Of a stretch of DNA of 40,102 nucleotides, positions 1 to 8,319 are shown one piece after another (position 1 is the stretch's first letter; each line of letters starts with the position of its first letter). A program made the position numbers and the translations under genes. A model generated the notes under the pieces. The model worked only from the letters and a program-made list of their open reading frames with translations, was not told the origin of the DNA and ran no database searches. Source of the stretch: Candidatus Zixiibacteriota bacterium (GTDB taxonomy: Bacteria; Zixibacteria; MSB-5A5; UBA10806; 4484-95); the NCBI GenBank assembly GCA_029932605.1, contig JAOZPT010000004.1, positions 1-40,102 on the forward strand, read 5' to 3'.

Positions 1-9
1 TGCAATGTT

Positions 10-33
10 GTCATTCCCGCGCAGGCGGGAATC
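10..33. repeat. Palindromic GTCATTCCCGCGCAGGCGGGAATC element (dRS3/RPE-like ATTCCC-N8-GGGAAT core)
   Basis: ATTCCCGC-GCAG-GCGGGAAT hairpin at 13-32; GAAATGAC at 66-73 could be the matching right terminus of GTCATTCC. Confidence 0.7.
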
Positions 34-48
34 TATAGGTGTATTTCC

Positions 49-106
49 ATGCCGTTAGGTCGCCTGAAATGACGGTTTTCTGTCGGGTGGGGCCACCCGA
101 CAGCAC
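49..106. repeat. REP/REPIN-like inverted doublet of 27-nt palindromic units, downstream of gyrA (may also act as terminator)
   Basis: Perfect hairpin CTGTCGGGTGG-GG-CCACCCGACAG at 80-103; degenerate partner at 52-75 matches 40056-40079 at 19 of 24 positions. Confidence 0.7.
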
Positions 107-115
107 AAGATAATA

Positions 116-2596
116 TTATGCCCCTTCCTCTTTATTATTATCATTCCCCCTATTATTGTCGTTATTTTCCTTTGCCACTCTTGCGACATCGATAAGTTTG
201 TCGGCTTTATCTAAGTTCATCAGGCGGACGCCCTGGGTTGCTCTACCGATGCTTCTTATCTGGCTTACCGGTATGCGGTTGATAATACCTTTCTGTGTGA
301 TTAGAAGGACCTCATCGTCATCGACCACCTCTTTTATAGTTATAATCGGGCCATTACGCTCGGATATTTTGATATTGATTACGCCTTTACCGCCGCGATT
401 GGTAATGCGGTAGTCGGAGATGGCTGAGCGTTTACCGTAGCCGTTCTCGGTGACAGTTAAAAGCGATGTTCCCTCACGTTTGACCACCACCATACCAATT
501 ACATAGTCGTTTTTAGTAAGGTTGATTCCGCGCACACCGTAGGCGTTGCGTCCCATGGAACGGACTTTGTCTTCGTGGAAACGGATCGCCTGGCCGAGCC
601 TTGTAGCCAGTACAATATCGCAGGAACCATCGGTGAGGCCGACCTCGACCACCTGGTCATCTTTGGGAATACTCATGGCGATTATGCCATCACGACGGGG
701 ATTGGAGAATGCCGAAAGGGGTGTCTTTTTGACCTGGCCTTTTTTGGTAGACATGACTACATAAGCCTCGTCGGTGAATGAGCGCACCGGCACAAAAGCA
801 GCGATGTTATCCTTTTTATCGATACCTATCATGTTAACAATAGGCTTACCACGAGCCAAACGCCCACCCTGAGGCACCTCATGGACTTTCAGCCAGTAGC
901 ACCTGCCCTGTTCGGTAAAAAACAGGATATACTGGTGAGTAGAGGCGACAAACATATGTTCAACGAAATCCTCCTCTTTGGTGTCCATGCCTCTTACACC
1001 CCGTGTGCCGCGTGCCTGTCTTTTGTAGGAGGATATCGATAGCCGTTTGATATAACCGGCATGGGATATAGTTACCACCATATTCTCCTCGGCGATTAAA
1101 TCTTCAATGGAGAAATCCTGGGTGATATCCTCCTCGATTATTTGAGTTCTGCGTTCATCACCGAATCGTTTTTTTAGCTCTTCAAGCTCGGTTTTGATGA
1201 TATACATGCGCTTGGGTTTGCTCTCGAGTATGCCCTTAAGTTCCGCTATCAGCTTGATGATCGTCTCATATTCCTCCTCGATTTTTTTTCGTTCGAGGCC
1301 GGTCAACCTCTGGAGCCGCATATCGAGAATGGCCTGGGCTTGAATTTGGGAGAGTTTGAATTTTTCCACTAACCCCTCTTTAGCCTTGGCCGGTGAAGGG
1401 GACTTTTTAATAAGTGTTATTACGGCGTCGATATTGTTTAATGCAATTTTATACCCCTCGAGGATATGGGCTCGCTTTTCGGCCTCAGCCAGTTCATATC
1501 TGGTTTTTCGAGTTAGGACATCATGCCGGTGGTCAATGAAATTTTGTAATAACTCTTTTATGTTCAACAGCCTGGGTACGCCATCAACTAAAGCCAGCAT
1601 ATTCATGCCGAATGTCGCCTGCATTTGTGTCATTTTGAAAAGTTGGTTTAGGACAACCTCGGCCTGGGCGTCGCGTTTAAGTTCGATTACCACCCGCATG
1701 CCATCGCGGTCGGATTCGTCGCGAAGGTCGGATATGCCGTCTATACGTTTACTTCGCACAAGTTCAGCAATCTTCTCCGACAGATTCGATTTATTGACCT
1801 GAAACGGTATCTCCGAGACGATGATATTTTCTCTACCGGATTTTGTAGTTTCAATGTTGGCCTTGGCTCTTATGAAAAACCTTCCGTGACCGGTAAGGTA
1901 CCCTTTACGCATGCCATCGAGACCGAATACGATACCCCCGGTAGGGAAATCCGGTCCTTTTATAAATTGCAAAATTTTTTCCACCTCAGCTTCTGGGGTC
2001 TCAATAAGATAAACCAGAGCATCTACAACCTCGTTTAGGTTATGGGGGGGTATATTCGTGGCCATACCTACCGCTATTCCCGCCGAACCGTTACAGAGAA
2101 GGTTGGGAAACCTTGCGGGAAGCACCGTTGGCTCTTGGCGGGTGTCATCGTAGTTGGGCATGAAATTGACGGTATTTTTCTGGATATCGACAAGAATCTC
2201 CATCGCCAGCGGAGTGAGTCTGGCCTCGGTGTATCTCATGGCTGCTGGTGAGTCACCATCGATCGAACCGAAATTTCCCTGGCCATCAACCAGCGGATAA
2301 CGCATATTGAAACTCTGAGCCATTCTAACAAGAGTTGGATAGATTACCTGTTCACCATGGGGATGGTAATTACCGGATGTATCGCCGGCTATCTTTGCAC
2401 ACTTACGATGGGAATGTCCCGGACTCAAGTTAAGGTCGTTCATAGCAACCAATATTCTGCGGTTTGAGGGCTTTAAACCATCCCGGACATCCGGCAGAGC
2501 CCGATTTGTAATAACCGACATGGAATAATCGATATAGGAGCTTTTCATTTCCTCTTCGATAAATACCGAAATTATCTTTTCAGAACCCAGGGGCAT
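116..2596 (-). CDS. gyrA: DNA gyrase subunit A
   Basis: RALPDVRDGLKP, HPHG, catalytic AAMRYTE, C-terminal pinwheel repeats with GyrA-box variant QARGTRG; AAGGAG RBS upstream. Confidence 0.96.
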   Translation of the reverse strand: MPLGSEKIISVFIEEEMKSSYIDYSMSVITNRALPDVRDGLKPSNRRILVAMNDLNLSPGHSHRKCAKIAGDTSGNYHPHGEQVIYPTLVRMAQSFNMRYPLVDGQGNFGSIDGDSPAAMRYTEARLTPLAMEILVDIQKNTVNFMPNYDDTRQEPTVLPARFPNLLCNGSAGIAVGMATNIPPHNLNEVVDALVYLIETPEAEVEKILQFIKGPDFPTGGIVFGLDGMRKGYLTGHGRFFIRAKANIETTKSGRENIIVSEIPFQVNKSNLSEKIAELVRSKRIDGISDLRDESDRDGMRVVIELKRDAQAEVVLNQLFKMTQMQATFGMNMLALVDGVPRLLNIKELLQNFIDHRHDVLTRKTRYELAEAEKRAHILEGYKIALNNIDAVITLIKKSPSPAKAKEGLVEKFKLSQIQAQAILDMRLQRLTGLERKKIEEEYETIIKLIAELKGILESKPKRMYIIKTELEELKKRFGDERRTQIIEEDITQDFSIEDLIAEENMVVTISHAGYIKRLSISSYKRQARGTRGVRGMDTKEEDFVEHMFVASTHQYILFFTEQGRCYWLKVHEVPQGGRLARGKPIVNMIGIDKKDNIAAFVPVRSFTDEAYVVMSTKKGQVKKTPLSAFSNPRRDGIIAMSIPKDDQVVEVGLTDGSCDIVLATRLGQAIRFHEDKVRSMGRNAYGVRGINLTKNDYVIGMVVVKREGTSLLTVTENGYGKRSAISDYRITNRGGKGVINIKISERNGPIITIKEVVDDDEVLLITQKGIINRIPVSQIRSIGRATQGVRLMNLDKADKLIDVARVAKENNDNNRGNDNNKEEGA

Positions 2597-2780
2597 ATTA
2601 ATTATCTCCTTTTCTCAACCTAAAATCTTCAATAGATTTTATCTTGACCAGAATTAAAATATTGTATTCTGGTTTGGTTTAACGCGCTTCGAAATCCTTT
2701 TATCCGTCAACCCATTGCCAAAACCGGGTGAACTTTAACCTAAGAATTAAAGCTACGAAAACTATAGTTATTATGAATTA

Positions 2781-2809
2781 ATTATAGAATAATTTAGTAT
2801 TTTATTCAA
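2781..2809 (-). promoter_or_regulatory. Sigma70-type promoter for gyrA
   Basis: TTGAAT-N17-TATAAT on minus strand. Confidence 0.6.
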
Positions 2810-2891
2810 GAAAAAACTTCAAAGGTGTAACCCTGTAAGCCCTTATTGCACATGCGGATAGCGTTTTTAATTAGCGAACCTTGTCTATCTC

Positions 2892-4568
2892 TTAAGTCTT
2901 TTTACTTTTCATTTCGCTGAGCGTGTAGTGGAATTCACGTAGAACAGCCTGGGCGATGTTGGTTAGATGGTCACCTATCTTCTCCAGATTGTTCAACATA
3001 TCTATATATATTATCCCCTCCATCGGTTTGCATTCGCCTGTGTTCAACCTCTGGATTTGCGATTCGCGGAACTCTATAAACTGGCGGTTGATTTTATCCT
3101 CGCACGATAAAGCCTTTAATGCCTTATCCCTATTGTTATCTTGAATGGCGATTAAAATATTATCAGTCATTTCAGCTAATACGCCAAACATGGTTTTCAA
3201 TTCTCCTTTAGCTGAATCGGGCAGTATCAGTTTCGCTCGCATAGAGCGTTCAGTGAGATCAACAATGTTTTCGGTATGGTCTCCGATACGCTCTATATCA
3301 TTAACTGAATGTAACCATACTGGCAACTCATCTGATTGTTCTGGTTCAAGGTTACGTTGTGATATCTCAACTAAATAACGTGTGATTTCTCCCTGGAGAT
3401 TATCAATAGCATCTTCCAATACGCCTACCCTTTCGAGGAGTTTTATGTCTTTTTTGAAAAATGCATTAAATGATGTATAAAGTGCTTCTTTCGCTAACTG
3501 CGCCATACGCAAAACCTCTTTCCGAGCCTGAATTAAAGCCGCAGGTGGCGAGTTCAACAACCGCCTATCGAGGTATTGCGGAGCGCCGTTGATCTCAGAT
3601 TTAGCTTTCCTTGATAAAAAGATTGCCCCTTTTTCGAGATATTTTATCAGGGGTAGCATGACGGTAGTGTTTGCCACATTGAAAGTTGTGTGAGATACGG
3701 CGATGTATATCATTATATTCGTCGTGGAGATTTCCCCCGGCACAACAAAATAAATTATTTTCTGATATATCCCTAATATGACTAAAGGTAGCATATAAGT
3801 TACACCTATAACGTTGAACAACGTATGGGCTCTGGCTGTTCGTTTGGCGTTGATATTTGTATTGAAGGATGCTATTTCAGCGGTGATTGTGGTGCCGATG
3901 TTATCTCCCAGAACAAGTGGCACGGCCGCATTGAAATCTATAAGACCCTGGAATGCCAAAAGCTGTACTATGGCGATTGTTGCTGATGACGATTGAAGCA
4001 TCATGGTGACTAATGCTCCAAACACAACCGCTAAAAGAGGCTTGTCACTGAGGCCTTGAAACATATTTAATATGGTAGTGCTTTCCCTTAAGGGATTAAA
4101 AGCCTCTTTCATAAATCCCAGGCCAAGGAAAAGCAGTCCTAATCCGATAAGAACCTGCCCTTTGCTTCTATATGTTTTGCCACGAGGGGTAAGTGTCAGG
4201 AAAAAACCAATGCCAACGGCTATTAACGCATAATCCCTTACGTTAACAACACCAACGAACGAGACAATCCAGGCGGTAAGTGTGGTACCGATGTTGGCGC
4301 CCATGACAACTCCAATAGCCTGGCGTAATGCCAGAAGGCCGGAATTAACAAGCCCAACAGTTATAACGGTCATACCACTTGAGGATTGAATAAGACCGGT
4401 TAATGCGGCTCCCAGAATTACAGCCATAATGGGATTTTTAGTCAGAAGTGTCAGGATGCGTTTTATCTTTTCGCCGGAAGTTGCCTTAAGACCATCCGAC
4501 ATAAGCCGCATCCCGAGAAGGAACATACCCAAACCACCGACTAAAAGAATGATTATATCTTTAACCAA
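2892..4568 (-). CDS. Na+/phosphate cotransporter family protein with C-terminal PhoU domains
   Basis: Two QSSS repeats (LIQSSSG, MLQSSSA), GANIGTT / GDNIGTT, C-terminal DIERIGDH / LEKIGDH PhoU motifs; TTG start. Confidence 0.92.
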   Translation of the reverse strand: MVKDIIILLVGGLGMFLLGMRLMSDGLKATSGEKIKRILTLLTKNPIMAVILGAALTGLIQSSSGMTVITVGLVNSGLLALRQAIGVVMGANIGTTLTAWIVSFVGVVNVRDYALIAVGIGFFLTLTPRGKTYRSKGQVLIGLGLLFLGLGFMKEAFNPLRESTTILNMFQGLSDKPLLAVVFGALVTMMLQSSSATIAIVQLLAFQGLIDFNAAVPLVLGDNIGTTITAEIASFNTNINAKRTARAHTLFNVIGVTYMLPLVILGIYQKIIYFVVPGEISTTNIMIYIAVSHTTFNVANTTVMLPLIKYLEKGAIFLSRKAKSEINGAPQYLDRRLLNSPPAALIQARKEVLRMAQLAKEALYTSFNAFFKKDIKLLERVGVLEDAIDNLQGEITRYLVEISQRNLEPEQSDELPVWLHSVNDIERIGDHTENIVDLTERSMRAKLILPDSAKGELKTMFGVLAEMTDNILIAIQDNNRDKALKALSCEDKINRQFIEFRESQIQRLNTGECKPMEGIIYIDMLNNLEKIGDHLTNIAQAVLREFHYTLSEMKSKKT

Positions 4569-4655
4569 AGATAAACGCCTTGATAAATAGCTGATTTAGC
4601 ATTATTGAAAACATCAAACAAAAGAGGTTACCACATCACCTTTCAAAACTCTAGA

Positions 4656-4684
4656 ATAATAACATCAAGGTTATGTTCTGTCAA
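4656..4684 (-). promoter_or_regulatory. Sigma70-type promoter for Na/Pi cotransporter
   Basis: TTGACA-N17-TATTAT with extended TG. Confidence 0.65.
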
Positions 4685-4767
4685 TTTGAAAATGTTTCTA
4701 ACTCATATTTTTCATTCATATTTTTATTTCCATCTGATGATTTGCAACATTGTGGAGTTAATTGGTG

Positions 4768-4796
4768 TTGATAAAAAATTCATATGATGTTATTAT
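4768..4796 (+). promoter_or_regulatory. Sigma70-type promoter for small multidrug export gene
   Basis: TTGATA-N17-TATTAT with extended TG. Confidence 0.55.
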
Positions 4797-4830
4797 CGCA
4801 TAGCCATATATTGGCGATTGGATTGATCTT

Positions 4831-5307
4831 ATGGAAAATCTTTTTTACGCTGTAGTACTTTCTGTTTTACCGATTTCAGAGTTGAGGGGTGGGATTCCCT
4901 ATGCCTATCTCTCTGGTTATCCGATCTGGTTGGCATATGTAGTATGTGTGAGCGCCAATTTTTTTGTAGGACCATTAGTCTTTCTTTTTTTAAATACTTT
5001 GCACAGGTTGATGATTAAGTGGCAATTTTATGATAGGTTATTTTCTCGTTTTATCAAGAGGGTGCGTGCGAGAACCTCGCATCTTATTGAAAAATACGGA
5101 TTCTGGGGGGTGACAATTTTTGTGGCTATCCCTTTGCCTGTAACGGGTGCATACACCGGCACGGTGGCGGCCTGGCTTTTTGGACTGGATAGAAAAAAGT
5201 CTCTTTTGGCAGTGCTGGTGGGCGTATGTATTGCCGGGCTGGTAGTATCGTTTATAATATATTTTGGTGTTGAGGGATTAGAATTTTTTATAAAGAAAAT
5301 CGAGTGA
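4831..5307 (+). CDS. Putative small multi-drug export family membrane protein (COG2426-like)
   Basis: PISELRGGIP and FVAIPLPVTGAYTG motifs, about 4 hydrophobic helices. Confidence 0.85.
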   Translation: MENLFYAVVLSVLPISELRGGIPYAYLSGYPIWLAYVVCVSANFFVGPLVFLFLNTLHRLMIKWQFYDRLFSRFIKRVRARTSHLIEKYGFWGVTIFVAIPLPVTGAYTGTVAAWLFGLDRKKSLLAVLVGVCIAGLVVSFIIYFGVEGLEFFIKKIE

Positions 5308-5513
5308 AAAAGTGATTTTGATTAAGTTTTTATATCTGAGTACAACTGATTATAAACACGGTTTAAAAACATAAAGTCGACCATTTCTTAGACCCTCTCT
5401 AATTAAACATTAACGTCTTAGCTTTTAAGAAGTTGTCTCATTTTAAAATAGAATAAACTATAATTATCGATTCTAAGTATGATGCTGTTATAACCTGACA
5501 TTTTTTGTCTCTT

Positions 5514-5640
5514 GAAGACATCGCGAAGCATCTGTTTCCAATTGTGAGGATGGCAGGGGTAAGTGACGACTGTATCTGCTTAAAAACTTCATTTTCTCGA
5601 AAAAGTGACGAATTATAGATGTAGGAAAAGTGGTGTCTTC
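5514..5640 (+). ncRNA. Candidate structured cis-regulatory RNA in motA leader (family unrecognised)
   Basis: Nested stems 5514-5524/5630-5640 (11 bp) and 5528-5535/5615-5622 (8 bp) enclosing three hairpins; G-U pairs favour the + strand; extended -10 TGTTATAAC at 5486-5494. Confidence 0.45.
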
Positions 5641-5662
5641 GCTTTAACCGAAAAGTAGAGTT

Positions 5663-6523
5663 ATGCTTACAATTGTAGGAATGGCAGTAGTAGCTATAGC
5701 TGTAATTGGTGGTTTCATTATGGAAGGTGGCCATCTTCTGGTGCTCTTCCAGCCGGCCGAGTTTTTGATAATCGGTGGAGCATCAATAGGTATTATCCTT
5801 ATATCGTTGCCAATGAAGGTAGTTAAGTTGATGATCGCTCAAATAATGGGCACACTTGGTTCACCGCCAAGTAAAGAATCCTATGTCCGCCTTCTTGTGA
5901 TGCTGTATGAGATATTCCAAGCCGCCAGAAAAGATGGATTAGTGGCGATGGAGTCCCACGTTGAAAAACCAGATGAGAGTAAAATCTTGAAAAAATACCC
6001 GGAGTTTTTAGCCAACCACCATCTGCTATCCTTTTTTGTTGACACGATGAGACTTATTCTGACCGGTGGCGTGCCCGCACAGGATCTTGAGGCTTTAATA
6101 GATTCTGATATGGAAACCCATCATACCGAGGTTGCAAGACCGCCTAATGCCTTGTCTAAACTTGGTGATTCTTTACCCGGCCTTGGTATTGTGGCAGCCG
6201 TCCTGGGTGTGGTTATCACCATGGGGGCAATAGGTGGTCCACCGGAGGAGATAGGTCATAAAGTCGGAGCTGCCCTTGTAGGCACATTTCTCGGGATTTT
6301 GTTATCATACGGCTTCGTACAACCTCTGGCCACCAATATGGAAAACATGAATGTTGAAAGATCCAAATATTATATGGTAATCAAACAAGCATTATTGGGG
6401 TTTCATAAAGGCATGGCGCCATCGATTGCTGTCGAGTTCGCTCGTCGTTCAATCCCCTCGGATGTGCGTCCTGGATTTATCGAGCTTGAGGATGCTTGCA
6501 AGGCGACAAGGGAAAAAAGCTAA
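5663..6523 (+). CDS. motA: Flagellar motor stator protein MotA
   Basis: QPAEFLIIGG, ARKDGLVAME, PGLGIVAAVLGVV, AALVGTFLGILLSYG, AVEFARR. Confidence 0.95.
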   Translation: MLTIVGMAVVAIAVIGGFIMEGGHLLVLFQPAEFLIIGGASIGIILISLPMKVVKLMIAQIMGTLGSPPSKESYVRLLVMLYEIFQAARKDGLVAMESHVEKPDESKILKKYPEFLANHHLLSFFVDTMRLILTGGVPAQDLEALIDSDMETHHTEVARPPNALSKLGDSLPGLGIVAAVLGVVITMGAIGGPPEEIGHKVGAALVGTFLGILLSYGFVQPLATNMENMNVERSKYYMVIKQALLGFHKGMAPSIAVEFARRSIPSDVRPGFIELEDACKATREKS

Positions 6524-6543
6524 ATATCCGGAGACTCTGAAGA

Positions 6544-7419
6544 ATGACCGATGATGAAGAAAAACGTCAACCTATAATAATTATAAAGAAAAAAGGTGAA
6601 CACGGCGGTCATCATGGTGGTGCCTGGAAAGTTGCTTATGCTGATTTCGTTACGGCCATGATGGCATTTTTCCTGGTGATGTGGCTGGTCAGCCAGGATG
6701 AGGTTGTCAAGTTCAATGTGGCTGGTTGGTTTAACGACCCTATCAATTGGGGAAAATCAAAGTCGGGCAGTCAATCGATTCTTAAAGGCAGTGGGTCAAT
6801 TTTTGATAAACAACATCATATTCCCTCCAGCGGACCGATAAATGAACAACAGGCAAAGGAAATATTAAAGGAGGCTGGTGAACGCATAAAAACCGCTTTA
6901 AATCAGTTTCCTGACTTTGAATTGACAAAGGAACATATCGAGATAGAAATGACCGATGAGGGGCTAAGGATTCAACTTATTGAGGCCTCACTTAAAAGCG
7001 GGGATTCGACATATTTTTTTGATTTAGGAAGCTCAAAACTATCCGACCAGGGAAAAACTATCTTATCTGCTATCGCCAATGAATTGGGGAGGCTTAGTAA
7101 CAAAATCGTCATAGAAGGGCACACTGATAGTCGACGCTATATATATAATACCAGATACTCAAACTGGGAGCTATCTGCTGATCGTGCCAACAGTGCCCGC
7201 AGGCTTTTAGAGGAAAAAGGCGTAAGAGGGGAGCAGGTAGAAGAGATAAGAGGGTGTGCCGATAATAACTTAAGAATCAAAGAAAACCCGTTTGACGCCA
7301 GAAACAGGCGCATCACAATTCTAGTTTTAAGCGAATTCTCCAAGCCCACTGATGAAGAAAAGCAGACGCAGGAGGCGATTGGAGATACAGTGGTAAGGGA
7401 AATAAGCGGGAATTTTTAA
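6544..7419 (+). CDS. motB: Flagellar motor stator protein MotB
   Basis: HHGGAWKVAYADFVTAMMAFFLVMWL with essential Asp; OmpA-like IEGHTD, NWELSADRA, NRRI. Confidence 0.95.
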   Translation: MTDDEEKRQPIIIIKKKGEHGGHHGGAWKVAYADFVTAMMAFFLVMWLVSQDEVVKFNVAGWFNDPINWGKSKSGSQSILKGSGSIFDKQHHIPSSGPINEQQAKEILKEAGERIKTALNQFPDFELTKEHIEIEMTDEGLRIQLIEASLKSGDSTYFFDLGSSKLSDQGKTILSAIANELGRLSNKIVIEGHTDSRRYIYNTRYSNWELSADRANSARRLLEEKGVRGEQVEEIRGCADNNLRIKENPFDARNRRITILVLSEFSKPTDEEKQTQEAIGDTVVREISGNF

Positions 7420-7544
7420 AATCAAATTTAGATTATTTATTCAATAACAATGTAGGTAATAGATAAGAGTTATTTCAACCTTTCTTTGATTTAACATTAC
7501 TCAGGATATTTTAATCTTTCATTTTATCGTTTTTTTCCCTAAGT

Positions 7545-7572
7545 AAAAACGGGAACGCTTCCGCACTCCCGT
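7545..7572 (-). terminator. Rho-independent terminator after rplY
   Basis: Minus strand ACGGGAGTGC-GGAA-GCGTTCCCGT followed by a T run. Confidence 0.85.
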
Positions 7573-7597
7573 CAATTTAAATTACGAATATGTATTT

Positions 7598-8299
7598 TTA
7601 TTCTTTTTTTCCCTTTTCGGTTTTTCGTTCCTCTGTTTTCTTCTCTGAGATTACCTCAGGCTCAGCCTCCTCATCTATCTTGGCCTCTTCAGGAGCAATT
7701 TCCCCTTCCTCTGCTGTTTCTGTTACCGTTTCTTTGACCAGTACTGGCGGAATTACATTAACAATGGTTTTATCGGGGTCATCAAGAAATTCTATACCTG
7801 GTAAGTCGATGTCCTTGACACGAATGGAATCATGTATGTTTAGATTGTCTATATTGATATCGATGGCTTCGGGGATACTGTCAGGAAGGCATGACACCTC
7901 AAGTTCTCTCAAGCTCCATTGGAGGATACCGCCATAGGACTTAACACCTATTGCCGTGCCATGAAGGCGAACCAGAACCGACAGGTGAATCTTCTGTTCC
8001 ATGGAGATGTTCTGGAAATCGATATGGATGATATTGCCGAATACAGGGTCATATTGAATGTCTCTTATTAAAGATTTCTTATCGGATAATTTACCGTCGA
8101 TTTTAAGATTTACCAGGACGTTCTCGCCGTGTAAACCATGGTAAATCGTATGGAAATGCTGATAGTCTATCTCCAGTGCTATCGGCTTCTGGTCTTTGCC
8201 ATATACAACAGCCGGGATTTTTTGAGCCGCTCTCAGTTTTCGGGCTACTTCTTTGCCGGATTTCGTCCTCGACACAGCCTCTATTAAAACCTCTTTCAT
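7598..8299 (-). CDS. rplY: 50S ribosomal protein L25 / CTC (long form)
   Basis: ARKLR..IPAVVYG, HIDF, GVK.GG, acidic tail; downstream of prs. Confidence 0.95.
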   Translation of the reverse strand: MKEVLIEAVSRTKSGKEVARKLRAAQKIPAVVYGKDQKPIALEIDYQHFHTIYHGLHGENVLVNLKIDGKLSDKKSLIRDIQYDPVFGNIIHIDFQNISMEQKIHLSVLVRLHGTAIGVKSYGGILQWSLRELEVSCLPDSIPEAIDINIDNLNIHDSIRVKDIDLPGIEFLDDPDKTIVNVIPPVLVKETVTETAEEGEIAPEEAKIDEEAEPEVISEKKTEERKTEKGKKE

Positions 8300-8319
8300 T
8301 ATCTTACTCCTTTATATTT

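Noticed and set aside
5438..5734. 98-aa minus-strand ORF across the motA leader
   Set aside because: Overlaps motA start, atypical composition; region better explained as promoter plus structured leader
5663..7419. Zorya (ZorAB) anti-phage system
   Set aside because: MotA is 286 aa with flagellar motifs and no long cytoplasmic tail; MotB has the flagellar WKVAYADF motif; no zorC/D/E nearby
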